25,682 nucleotides of DNA from Treponemataceae bacterium. GTDB taxonomy: Bacteria; Spirochaetota; Spirochaetia; Treponematales; Rectinemataceae. Every line of letters begins with the position of its first letter. The stretch's first letter is position 1. Positions 1 through 9,400 of the stretch are shown here, piece after piece. The notes under the pieces are model-generated. The model searched no databases. It worked only from the letters and a program-made list of their open reading frames with translations, and was not told the DNA's origin. The translations under genes and the position numbers were made by a program. The stretch covers positions 1 to 25,682 of the forward strand of contig CAXXGJ010000035.1 of the NCBI GenBank assembly GCA_963677895.2, given 5' to 3'.

Positions 1-2
1 TG

Positions 3-539
3 GATGTGGGCTGCGGAACCGGCGCCACAGCGAGGCTTCTCGCCTCCCAGGGACTGGCGGTGCTGGCCCTGGACTCCTCGGCGGAGCTTCTTGCCGGGGC
101 AAGCAGTCCGGGCGTCACCGCGCTTCTGGGCCGGGCCGAGGCGCTACCTATTGCGGCGGCGAGCATGGATGCCGTGTTTTGCGAGTGCGTGCTCTCGGTC
201 ACTGGCCGCCCCGCGTCCGTGCTGGCCGAGGCCGCGCGGGTGCTGCGTCCCGGCGGGGCGCTGGCGCTCAGCGACCTGTACCTGCGCGAGACCGGAAACG
301 CTCCCGCACCGGCCCGGGGCGACTGCCTGTCTGGGGCGTTGCCCCAGGCGGTTCTGTCCAGGCATCTGGACGAGGCCGGGTTTGTCGTCCAGCTGTTCGA
401 GGACCATTCGCGCCTGCTGGCCGAGATGGCCGCCCGCCTGATCTTCGCGGGCCTGTCTCCGGCGGAGCTCGGCGACGGGTGCGGGCTCGGGGCGCGGCCC
501 GGCTACTTCCTGTGTCTGGCCCGCAAGATCGCGGCCTGA
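3..539 (+). CDS. Class I SAM-dependent methyltransferase (DVU_1556-like), 5'-truncated by the window edge
   Basis: Frame opens at the window start with SAM motif I (DVGCGTG), followed by LALDSS, GRAEALP, DAVFCECVLS and EAARVLRPGGALALSD. Stop TGA at 537-539. Confidence 0.88.
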   Translation, partial: DVGCGTGATARLLASQGLAVLALDSSAELLAGASSPGVTALLGRAEALPIAAASMDAVFCECVLSVTGRPASVLAEAARVLRPGGALALSDLYLRETGNAPAPARGDCLSGALPQAVLSRHLDEAGFVVQLFEDHSRLLAEMAARLIFAGLSPAELGDGCGLGARPGYFLCLARKIAA

Positions 540-549
540 AGGAGGACCC

Positions 550-1014
550 ATGGACGAGACCCTCATGGACATCGCCCCCCTGGCCGGACAGGGGTTCTGC
601 TGCAGCCAGATCCTGGGCCTGCTGGCCCTGCGCGCCCAGGGACGAGAGAACCCGGAGCTCATCCGGGCCCTGGGCGGGCTGTGCCACGGCCTGGGGGCCT
701 GCCGCGAAACCGGGTGCGGCGTGTGCGGCGTCCTCACCGGAGGAGCCTGCGTGCTGGCGCTGTATTTCGGCAAGGGCAGGCCGGAGGAGTTCCCGGTGGA
801 GCGCGCCGATCTGGCCCAGGCGGAATTCGTGGACTGGTTCGTGGAACGCACCCGCAGCCAGTACGGCGGCAGCGCCTGCGCAGACATCCTGGGGGACGAC
901 TCGGGCAAGCCGGACCTGAACCGTTGTGGCGGCCTGCTGGCCGAGGCCTGGGCAAAGCTCGTGGAGATACTGGCGGAGAACGGCCTGGACGTCACAGTGG
1001 GGCGCGATGGCTGA
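550..1014 (+). CDS. C-GCAxxG-C-C family Cys-rich putative redox/metal-binding protein (DVU_1555-like)
   Basis: AGGAGG RBS just upstream. 154 aa with GFCCSQ, GLCHGLG, CGVLTGG, SACADIL and NRCGGLL motifs; 9 Cys. Confidence 0.85.
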   Translation: MDETLMDIAPLAGQGFCCSQILGLLALRAQGRENPELIRALGGLCHGLGACRETGCGVCGVLTGGACVLALYFGKGRPEEFPVERADLAQAEFVDWFVERTRSQYGGSACADILGDDSGKPDLNRCGGLLAEAWAKLVEILAENGLDVTVGRDG

Positions 1015-2363
1015 ACCGACGCCTGGAGCTGAAATCCTTTCCGCAACCGAGGCCCTGTGCCCTGTGTGCCTGCGGCGCCTTCCCGCGACAAGGGAACGGC
1101 GCGGCGATTCGGTCTGGCTGGTGCGCAGCTGCCCGGAACACGGCAAGGCCGAGGCCGTCATCTGGCGCGGGGAGCCTGGATTCAAGGCCTGGCAGCGCTC
1201 CAAGACCCCTTCCGCGCCACCGGAGATGCAGACCCGGTCGGACTGGGGGCTGCCCCTTTGACTGCGGCCTGTGCCCGGAGCACGGACAGCACACCTGCAC
1301 CGCCGTGGTGGAGGTCACGGACCGCTGCGACCTGAACTGTCCGGTGTGCTATGCCTCGTCCGGCGCGGCCGGGGCTGCGGACCCGCCGTTATCCGAACTG
1401 GCGCAACGCCTGGCCCAGCTTCGGCGCGCGGCCGGGGCCTGCAACCTGCAGCTCTCCGGCGGCGAACCGACCCGTCGCGACGATCTGCCGGAGCTCATCG
1501 CCGCCGCCCGCTCCCAGGGCTTCGGGCTGGTCCAGCTCAACACCAACGGCCTTCGCCTGGGCGCGGAATCCGGCTACGCCGAGCGGCTCGCCGCAGCCGG
1601 ACTGCAGTCCGTGTTCCTGCAGTTCGACGGCCCGGACGAGGCCTGCCTTGCCCTGCGCGGCCGCCCGCTGCTGCGGGAGAAGCTCGCGGCCCTGGACGCC
1701 TGCGCCGCCGCCGGGCTGGGCGTTGTGCTGGTGCCGACCCTGCTGCGCGGTATCAATGACCAGGCCCTGGGCGAGATCCTGCGCCTGGCCTTGGCGCGCA
1801 TGCCTGTGGTGCGCGGCGTGCACTTCCAGCCCGCCTCCAGTTTCGGGCGTTTCCCCGGCCGCATGGACGAAGCCCGCCGTCTGACCCTGCCCGAGGTGCT
1901 GCGGCTTCTGGTGGCGCAATCCGGGGGCATGCTCCATGCCGGGGACTTCCATCCGCCCTGCTGCGAACATGAGCGCTGCTCGTTCAGCGGGCGCTTCGCC
2001 TTTTCCGGCGGCAGGCTGCAGCCCATGGCCGAGGTCGGCTGCTGCGCCCCGGACGGGGAACTCACAGCGGAAGAGGGGGCCCGCCGCGCCAAGGCGTCCG
2101 TGGCCGGGCAGTGGGCAGCAGCGCCGATGCCAAAGCCAGAGCAACCGCGAGACGACTTCGAGCGCTTCCTGGCCGAGCGCGGCGCCGACAAGCGCTTCAG
2201 CATCTCCTGCATGGCCTTCCAGGACGTCGAGACCATGGAGGTCGAGCGGGTGCGCGGCTGCTGCATCCACACCCAGGCCCCGGACGGCCGTCTCATCCCC
2301 TTCTGCCTGTACAACCTCACGGCCAGAGACGGCACGCCCCTGTACCGGAGGCCCGCGCCATGA
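1007..2363 (+). CDS. Radical SAM protein, TrsS/DVU_1554-like (Tes/MJ0619-type motif layout); one +1 frameshift near 1232-1249
   Basis: ATG 1007 overlaps the upstream gene end. The N-terminal frame has CPVC and CPEHG. The next frame has GCPFDCGLCPEH, CDLNCPVC (CxxxCxxC), QLSGGEPT, QLNTNG, FLQFDG, VVLVPT, RGVHFQP and MAFQD...GCCIH...DGRLIPFCLYN. About 451 aa when joined. Confidence 0.88.
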
Positions 2364-3409
2364 AGCAGGCCATCAGCCCGCTGGACCCCTGGCTGGCGCG
2401 CCGCATGGATCTTCCTGCCCCTGCGCCCGAAGCTGTCCTGGTCTGGCAGATGGCCGAACTGCGGCGCACCCTGTCCTGGGCGCGGCAGGCCAGCCCTTTT
2501 TTTGCGCTCCGGCTCGCGGCGGTCGATCTGGACGCCTTGCGCCGACCGTCCGACCTCGCCCTGTTGCCGCGCATGGAGCCGACGGACCTTTCCGCTGCAG
2601 GACTGCTCGCCGTTTCCCAGGACGAGGTGGCGCGGGTGGTGAGCCTCAATACCTCGGGCACCAGCGGGCAGCCCAAGCGCCTGTCCTTCTCCGAGGCCGA
2701 CCTGGCGCGCACCCTGGAGTTCTTCCAGGTGGGCATGAGCACCCTGTGCGGGCCTGGAGACGTGGTGCTGGTGCTGCTGCCGGGCCGCCGGGAACAGGGC
2801 GTGGCCGACCTGCTGACCCGCGCCCTGCCCGCCCTCGGCGCCAGGGCCGTCATTCCGCCCGAGAACTGGACCCCGGCTGACCTGGCCACCGTGTTCCAGT
2901 CCCAGGGAGTGACCAGCCTGGTGGCCGCGCCGCGCCAGCTGCTGGCGCTGCTGGACAATGAGGTGGCGTGCGCCTCCGCCCGGCTGCGGCTTTGCACCGT
3001 GCTCTCCAGTGGCGAGCTTCTGCAGGACGGACTGCGCGCCCGCTTGGAGGAGGCCTTTTGCTGCGTGGTCTTCGACCACTGGGGCATGACGGAAACAGGC
3101 TACGGCGGGGGGGTGGAGTGTTCCGCCCACTGCGGGTATCATCTGCGCGAAGCCGACCTGCTGGTGGAGGTGGCCGACCCAGCCACCGGCCGACCCCTGC
3201 CGGTGGGCGAAACCGGGGAGATCCTTGTGACCACCCTGGGTCCCCGCGCCCTGCCGCTTCTGCGCTACCGCACCGGCGACGCGGCGCGCATGCTCCCCGG
3301 CCCCTGCCCCTGCGGCAGCCCGCTCCGGCGTCTGGGACCGGTGCTGGGCAGACTCGCGGCGGACGGCCAAGGCATTGAACAGCCACCAAAAGGACAAGGC
3401 GCTCCATGA
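2360..3409 (+). CDS. AMP-forming enzyme of the phenylacetate-CoA ligase (PaaK) type, DVU_1553-like
   Basis: ATGA overlap with the radical SAM stop. Motifs TSGTSGQPK, SSGE, DHWGMTETG, GEILVTTL, LLRYRTGD and PCPCG. 349 aa. Confidence 0.85.
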   Translation: MKQAISPLDPWLARRMDLPAPAPEAVLVWQMAELRRTLSWARQASPFFALRLAAVDLDALRRPSDLALLPRMEPTDLSAAGLLAVSQDEVARVVSLNTSGTSGQPKRLSFSEADLARTLEFFQVGMSTLCGPGDVVLVLLPGRREQGVADLLTRALPALGARAVIPPENWTPADLATVFQSQGVTSLVAAPRQLLALLDNEVACASARLRLCTVLSSGELLQDGLRARLEEAFCCVVFDHWGMTETGYGGGVECSAHCGYHLREADLLVEVADPATGRPLPVGETGEILVTTLGPRALPLLRYRTGDAARMLPGPCPCGSPLRRLGPVLGRLAADGQGIEQPPKGQGAP

Positions 3410-4467
3410 ACGGCATCCTGCAGGCTTTGCTCGACCACCTGGAACACGGCGGACCTCTGGTCCAGGCCACCATCCTCACCCACGAGGGCAGCACCCCCCG
3501 GTCTGCAGGCAGCCGCATGCTGCTGGCTGCGGACGGCGAGCCGGAAATGCACGGCAGCGCACGGAGCGGCGTGAAGATCGTGGCTGGCACAGTGGGCGGC
3601 GGACTGGTGGAGGCCAGGGTCATGGCCCGTGCGGCCCAAATCCTCGCCGATGGCCGGCGAAGCGTGGAAACCTTCGATCTCACGGGCGAACTGGCCGCCG
3701 GGGCGGACATGATCTGCGGCGGGCGGCTGCGCGTGTTCCTGGAGCGCATCAAGCCCGAGGACCTGCCATTGTTCCGCAGCCTGGAACAGGCCCTGCGGCA
3801 GGGCCAGCGCTGCCTGCGCCTGACCCCTCTGGACACGGGCCCTTCCGCGCTGCTGCTGCCCGACGGCGAGCAGCAGGGGGCCATGCTCTCTTCCTCCCTG
3901 GTCCAGGCCGCCATGTCCGCCGGGGCGGGCATAGGCGCGCCCGTGGTCCTGGAGCACGCGGGCCGGGCCTTCGCCCTGGAGCCCTGGGCCCCTGCCAGCC
4001 CGCTGTTCATCTTCGGCGCGGGCCACGTTTCCCGGCCCACGGCGCAAGTGGCCGCGCTGGCGGGTTTCCAGGTCACTGTGCTGGACGACCGGCCGGACTT
4101 CGCCAACGCCGAACGGTTCCCCCAGGCCATAACGCTGGTCCTGGAGCACTTCAACGACTGCTTCGCGGGCCAGCCCGCCGGTCCGGACGCCTTTGTGGTC
4201 ATCGTCACGCGCGGCCATGTCCACGATGCCGGGGTGCTGGCCCTGGCCCTGCGCACGCGCGCCGGGTACATCGGCATGATCGGCAGCCGCCGCAAGCGCG
4301 ACGCCGTGTATGAACGCCTGCGCGGCCAGGGTTTCACGGACGCGGACCTGGCCCGTGTGCACTGTCCCGTGGGGCTGGCCATCGGGGCCGAGACCCCGGA
4401 AGAGATCGCCGTCAGCATCGTGGCCGAACTCATCCAGTGCCGCGCCCAAAGGACAGCGCAGCCATGA
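3406..4467 (+). CDS. xdhC: XdhC/CoxI family molybdenum-cofactor maturation factor
   Basis: GSTPRSAGSRM, GTVGGGLVEA, MICGG, IFGAGHVS, LDDRPDFAN, VIVTRGH, YIGMIGSRRK and PVGLAIGAETPEEIAVSIVAELI. ATGA overlap with the previous gene. Confidence 0.93.
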   Translation: MNGILQALLDHLEHGGPLVQATILTHEGSTPRSAGSRMLLAADGEPEMHGSARSGVKIVAGTVGGGLVEARVMARAAQILADGRRSVETFDLTGELAAGADMICGGRLRVFLERIKPEDLPLFRSLEQALRQGQRCLRLTPLDTGPSALLLPDGEQQGAMLSSSLVQAAMSAGAGIGAPVVLEHAGRAFALEPWAPASPLFIFGAGHVSRPTAQVAALAGFQVTVLDDRPDFANAERFPQAITLVLEHFNDCFAGQPAGPDAFVVIVTRGHVHDAGVLALALRTRAGYIGMIGSRRKRDAVYERLRGQGFTDADLARVHCPVGLAIGAETPEEIAVSIVAELIQCRAQRTAQP

Positions 4468-5153
4468 GGGACGGGGTGCACCTCCTGCTCATGCGCCACG
4501 GCCAGATCGTGCAAAACGCAGGCCCGCGCCGCTTTGTGGGCTGCCGGAACCTGCCGCTGGACGCCGCGGGCCAGGCCCAGGCCAAGGCCGCCGGGAACGC
4601 CCTGGCCCGGATGGTACGGACGGGCCTGCCCCTGCGGAGGATCTATTGCAGCGATCTCTCGCGCAGTGCCGACACGGCACGGCTTGCCGCCGCAGCCTTC
4701 GACCCCCGGCCGGAGATCACGCCCCTGCCCGCCCTGCGGGAGATCCGCCTCGGCCAATGGGAGGGTCTGAACGCCGAGGAGGTGCGCGAACGCTTTCCCG
4801 GCCAGCTGGAGCGCCGGGGCGAGGACATGGCCGACTGCCGACCCGCCGGGGGCGAGAGCTTTGCGGACCTGCTGGCGCGCGTCCTGCCCGCTGTGGAAGA
4901 CATTGTCCGGCGCGCTGCGGCGGCAGAGGAACGCCTCGTCCTGGTGGTGGCCCACGCGGGCGTCAACCGCGCCGTGCTCTGCCAGGCCCTGGGCCTGCCG
5001 CTGCAGCACGTGCTGCGTCTGCCGCAGGACTATGCCTGCCTGAACCTCCTGGTCTGGCGCGAGGGCGCCCTGGCCGTGCGCGCCGTGAACCTCGCCCCTG
5101 GCGCCCTCGCTCCGGGCTGGGCCGAGGCCTATGGCCTGCAGGCGGACGCATGA
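4464..5153 (+). CDS. Histidine phosphatase superfamily protein (CobC/GpmB-like)
   Basis: LLMRHGQ (RHG motif), YCSDLSRS, LREIRLGQWEG, GGESF and VVAHAGVNR. ATGA overlap at 4464-4467. Confidence 0.9.
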   Translation: MRDGVHLLLMRHGQIVQNAGPRRFVGCRNLPLDAAGQAQAKAAGNALARMVRTGLPLRRIYCSDLSRSADTARLAAAAFDPRPEITPLPALREIRLGQWEGLNAEEVRERFPGQLERRGEDMADCRPAGGESFADLLARVLPAVEDIVRRAAAAEERLVLVVAHAGVNRAVLCQALGLPLQHVLRLPQDYACLNLLVWREGALAVRAVNLAPGALAPGWAEAYGLQADA

Positions 5154-6293
5154 GCCGCACCGGCCCCCTTGCCGCAGTCATCCTGAGCGCGGGCTTGTCC
5201 ACGCGCCTGCCGCACTTCAAGCCCCTGCTGCGCCTGGGGGGGGCGAGCCTGCTGGCCCGGAGCGCGAGCCTGTTCCGCCAGGCCGGGATTGAGCAGTGCG
5301 TGGCCGTGACCGGATGCCGCGCCGGGGAGGTGGCGGAAGAAGCCCGAGCCCTGGGCCTGCGTCCCGTCTTCAATCCAGATTTCGAGTCCGGCATGTTCAG
5401 CTCCGTCCGAGCTGGCCCTGTCCGCTCTGCCGCAGGGACTGGCCGGGGTCTTTGTGCTCCCCGTGGACATCCCGCTCATCCGGCCCGCCACCCTGCGCCA
5501 ACTCATTGAGCGTTTCCGAGAAAGCGGCGCCGAGGTCCTGACCCCGGCCTTTTGCGGCGAACCAGGCCATCCACCGCTCATTTCCGCAAGCGCCCTGCCC
5601 GGAATCCTGGCCTGGAGCGGCGAGGGAGGGCTCGCCGGGGCCCTGTGCGCTTTGCGCTGCGAGCATGTGCCTGTGGCCGACTCCCAGATCCTTTTTGACG
5701 TGGACGACGACGCGGCCTTTGCCGAGGCGGAGCAGCGGCTCAAGCGCCTGCCAGAACCCTCCCCGCAAGAGGCCCTGGCCCTGCTGGAGCTTCATGGCAT
5801 CGGCGAACGCGGGCTGGCCCACGGGCGCGGCGTGGCCGAGGCTGCCCTGGCCATGGCCAGGGGCCTCAACGCCCACGGCGCGGATCTTGATTTACAGACG
5901 GTGGAGGCGGCGGCACTGCTGCACGACATCGCCAAGGGCCAGCCGCACCACGAAGAGGCAGGGGCGCAGTTGTTGCGGGACCTGGGCTACGCCCAGACGG
6001 CGGACATCGTGGCCGTGCACCGCGACATTGACCCGGCTGGGGTGGAGCGCCCCACGGAACGTGAGCTGGTGTACCTGGCGGACAAGCTGGTGCGCGGTCC
6101 GCAGCGCGTAAGCATCATGCGGCGCTTCCAGGAGAAGCTGGAACGTTTCGCCCAGGACGAGGCCGCCTGCGCAGCCATCCGCCGCAGGCTCACCCATGCC
6201 CTGGACATGCAGCGCCTGGTGGAGCGCTGCGCTGGCCAAAGCCTGGAGGAACTGCTGAAGCAGGCAGGCAACCCACCTGGCATTGCAGTCTGA
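5150..6293 (+). CDS. MocA/MobA-like NTP-transferase fused to an HD domain (DVU_1551-like); +1 frameshift near 5416-5418
   Basis: AVILSAGLSTRL..FKPLL and NPDFESGMFSSVRAG in one frame, then LPVDIP, GHPPLI, DVDDDA, AH, AALLHDIAKG, HEEAGA, VAVH and VYLADK in the next. About 380 aa joined. Confidence 0.85.
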
Positions 6294-6349
6294 AGCCCTC
6301 GCACAGACTTTGCCCCCCGGCATCCAGGGACGTTGCGAGCAGGAATCCC

Positions 6350-6378
6350 TTGACAGGACAGCACATGCTGCCTTTAAT
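6350..6378 (+). promoter_or_regulatory. Putative sigma70 promoter for the DUF748 gene
   Basis: TTGACA (6350-6355), 17-nt spacer, TTTAAT (6373-6378), about 65 nt upstream of ATG 6445. Confidence 0.6.
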
Positions 6379-6444
6379 ACGTATGCCTCTCCCTATCCCA
6401 TACCACCTTTCCTCCACCAAAACCCGAAGGCGGACGAATCCCAT

Positions 6445-9400
6445 ATGGACCTGGCGAGATTCAGATTCACCGTGAGCCCGCGCTTGCGCCGCTCCCTCAT
6501 CGGCCTGCTTGTCCTCACCGTCCTGTTCGGGGCCTTCGGCTTCTTCGCCGGTCCGCCCATCGCCCGTTCGGTGTTGCTCAAGGTCATGGCCAAGGAGCTG
6601 CACCGGCCGGTCAGCCTGGGCGACATCAGCATCAACCCCTACGCCATGTCGGTCCGCATCTCCGGGCTCAAGGTCGGCGAAGGCGAGGCCGGAGAGGTCT
6701 TCGGCTTCGACGAGCTCTACGTCAACCTGGACATCGCTTCCGTCTTCCACGCTGCGCCCGTGGTGGAGGAACTGCGGATCACGGCCCCGCGCATTCGCCT
6801 CGTGCGCGAGGGGGACGGCCGCTACAACATCTCCGACCTGCTGGACGAATGGCTGAAACCCAGCGACAGCCCGACCCCCAGCTTTTCCGTCAACAACATC
6901 ACAGTGACCGGCGGCCGCATCGACTTCGACGACCGGCCCGTGGGCAGACAGCATGCGGTGACGGACATCAATGTCTCGCTGCCGTTCATCTCCAACCTCT
7001 CCTACCAGGCCAACCTGTTCACCGAACCGGCCTTCTCCGCCACCATCAACGGCGCGCAGCTGGCGCTCACAGGCAAGACCAAGCCGTTTTCCGAGGCGCA
7101 CGAAAGCGAACTCAGCCTGGACCTCGACCGCTTCGAACTGACGCGCTACCTGGCCTATCTGCCTAAGGCCCTGCCCTTCACCGTCACCGGCGGAGAGGTC
7201 GGCACCGACATCCGGCTGGTGTTCCGCCAGGCGCCCAAGCAGCCCGCCACGCTCAACATCACCGGCAGCGTGACCCTCAAGAATCTCCACCTGCTGGAAG
7301 ACGGCCAGAAGCCTCTGCTCAATCTCGCCCAGCTTGAGGTGCAGCTCAAGGGGCTGGCCCCGCTCAACAACAGCTTCCGGTTCGGCACCATCGGCATCGA
7401 CGGGCTGGAGGTCTTTGTGCGGGTGGCCCAGGGCGGCAGGCTCAACTGGCAGGCCCTGGCCGGAAAGATGCAGGCCGGCGGCACAGCCAGGCCGGACACG
7501 GACAAGGCCAAGGCCCCTCAGGCCGCCCCACAGCCCGCGAAACCGCTGGAGCTGTCCCTCGACGGCCTGCGCCTGGCCAATGCCTCCCTGCACTGGCAGG
7601 ACGGCGGCAATCCGGACGGCGGCCCCTCGGCCCGGCTGGAGCGCTTCGAGATCAAGGGCCTGACCCTTGATGCGCCGAAGCAGCACATCGGCATCGCCGA
7701 GCTGGCCTTGAACGGACTGAAGCTGGGCGCCACGCGCCTGCCGGGCGGAGCCATCGCCGGGTTGCAGGCCCTGGCCCCGAAGTCCGACGCAACGGCTTCG
7801 CCGGCCCCCAGGAAGATCGCCCTGGCGGGCAAGGCCAAGGACCCCGCCCCGCCCTGGCTGGTGGAGATCGCCAAGATCGAGCTTGCCAGCATCGGCCTGC
7901 GCCTGGACGACAAGGCCGTGAAGCCGGCCAGCGCCCAGGAGCTTGAACTCAGCAGGCTCGCGCTGGAGAAGTTCAGCACCGCGCCGAAGACGTCCGTGCC
8001 CCTGGAACTCGCAATGCTCATCAACAGGAAGGGGACCTTGCAGGCCAGCGGCCAGGTGCAGCTGACCCCCTTAAGCGCCAAGCTCAAGGTCGACCTGCGC
8101 GGCTTCGACCTCCTGCCCCTGCAGCCCTATTTCGGCGAACGGCTGAACCTCACCGTCACCAGGGGCCAGATCACCAGCGAGGGCGAGCTGGCCCTGAACA
8201 CGCTTCCGGACGGCAGCCTCGGCGGCGGGTACACCGGCCAGATCACCCTGGGCAACTTCCACAGCGTGGACAAGCTCAACAGCGCCAACTTCCTCACCTG
8301 GAGGTCCCTGTACCTGGGGAGGATGAACGCCGCCTTCAAGCCCTTTGCCCTGAGCCTGGGCGAAGTGGCCCTGGCGGATTTCTACGCCCGGCTCATCGTC
8401 AGCCCGGAAGGCAAGCTCAACGTGCTGCAACTGGTGAAGAAGGACGAGGCACAGGAGGCCGCCGCCAAGAAAGACGGCGAAACAGCTCCGGCACAGCCAG
8501 ACTCCGTTCGCCCAGGCCCAACCGGCTGTCGCTGCGGCGCCTGCGGCCCAGCCGCCCGCCATCCGCATTGACAAGGTGACCCTGCAGGGCGGCACGGTGA
8601 GCTTCACCGACCGTTTCATCAAGCCCAACTACTCGGCGAAGCTGGAAAAGATCGGCGGGCGCATCACCGGGCTGTCCTCCACTGCGGGCAGCATGGCCGA
8701 CCTCGACCTGCGCGGGGCCTACGACGGCGCACCCTTGAGCATCAACGGCAAGCTGAACCCCCTGGCCGCAGTGCCCGCCCTGGACATCAAGGCCGAGGTG
8801 CGCGGCTTCGAGCTCACGCCTCTGTCCGCCTACTCCGGGAAATACGCCGGGTACGCCCTGGACAAGGGCAAGCTGTCCCTGTTCCTGGGCTACAAGATCG
8901 CGGACAACAAGCTGCAGGCGGACAACCGCATCTTCATCGACCAGCTGACCTTCGGCGAAAGGACCGACAGCCCGGACGCCACCAAGCTGCCGGTGACCCT
9001 GGCCGTGGCCCTGCTGAAAAACCGCAAGGGCGAGATCGACATCAACCTGCCCATTTCCGGCTCGCTGGACTCCCCGGACTTCTCGGTCGGCGGGATCATC
9101 GTCCAGGTCATCGTCAACCTGCTCTCCAAGGCCCTCACCGCGCCCTTCGCCCTGCTCGGCTCGCTGTTCGGCGGCGAAGAGGAGCTGTCCTTTGTCGACT
9201 TCGCGCCGGGCCGCGCCCGGCTCGCGCCGGAGGCCGTAAAGCGCCTGGAGACCCTGGCCAAGGCCCTGGACGACAGGCCAGCCCTGAAGCTGGAGATCTC
9301 CGGCCGCTTCGACCCCGAGAAGGACGGCGAAGGGTTGCGCCGGGCCTCGCTGGAGCGCAAGGTCCGGGCGCGCAAACACACCCAGCTGGTGAAGGAGATC

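Noticed and set aside
681..1006. N-terminal extension of the 560-aa radical SAM ORF
   Set aside because: It overlaps the C-GCAxxG-C-C gene out of frame. The real N-terminus (CPVC, CPEHG) starts at ATG 1007 in another frame.
1259..1261. TGA as selenocysteine in the radical SAM gene
   Set aside because: The TGA lies in the frame that has already gone out of register. The conserved GCPFDCGLC motif is in the +1 frame, so a frameshift and not readthrough explains the break.
1574..5009. Long minus-strand ORFs (607 aa and 719 aa)
   Set aside because: They are antisense shadows of well-supported plus-strand genes in high-GC DNA, with no recognisable motifs.
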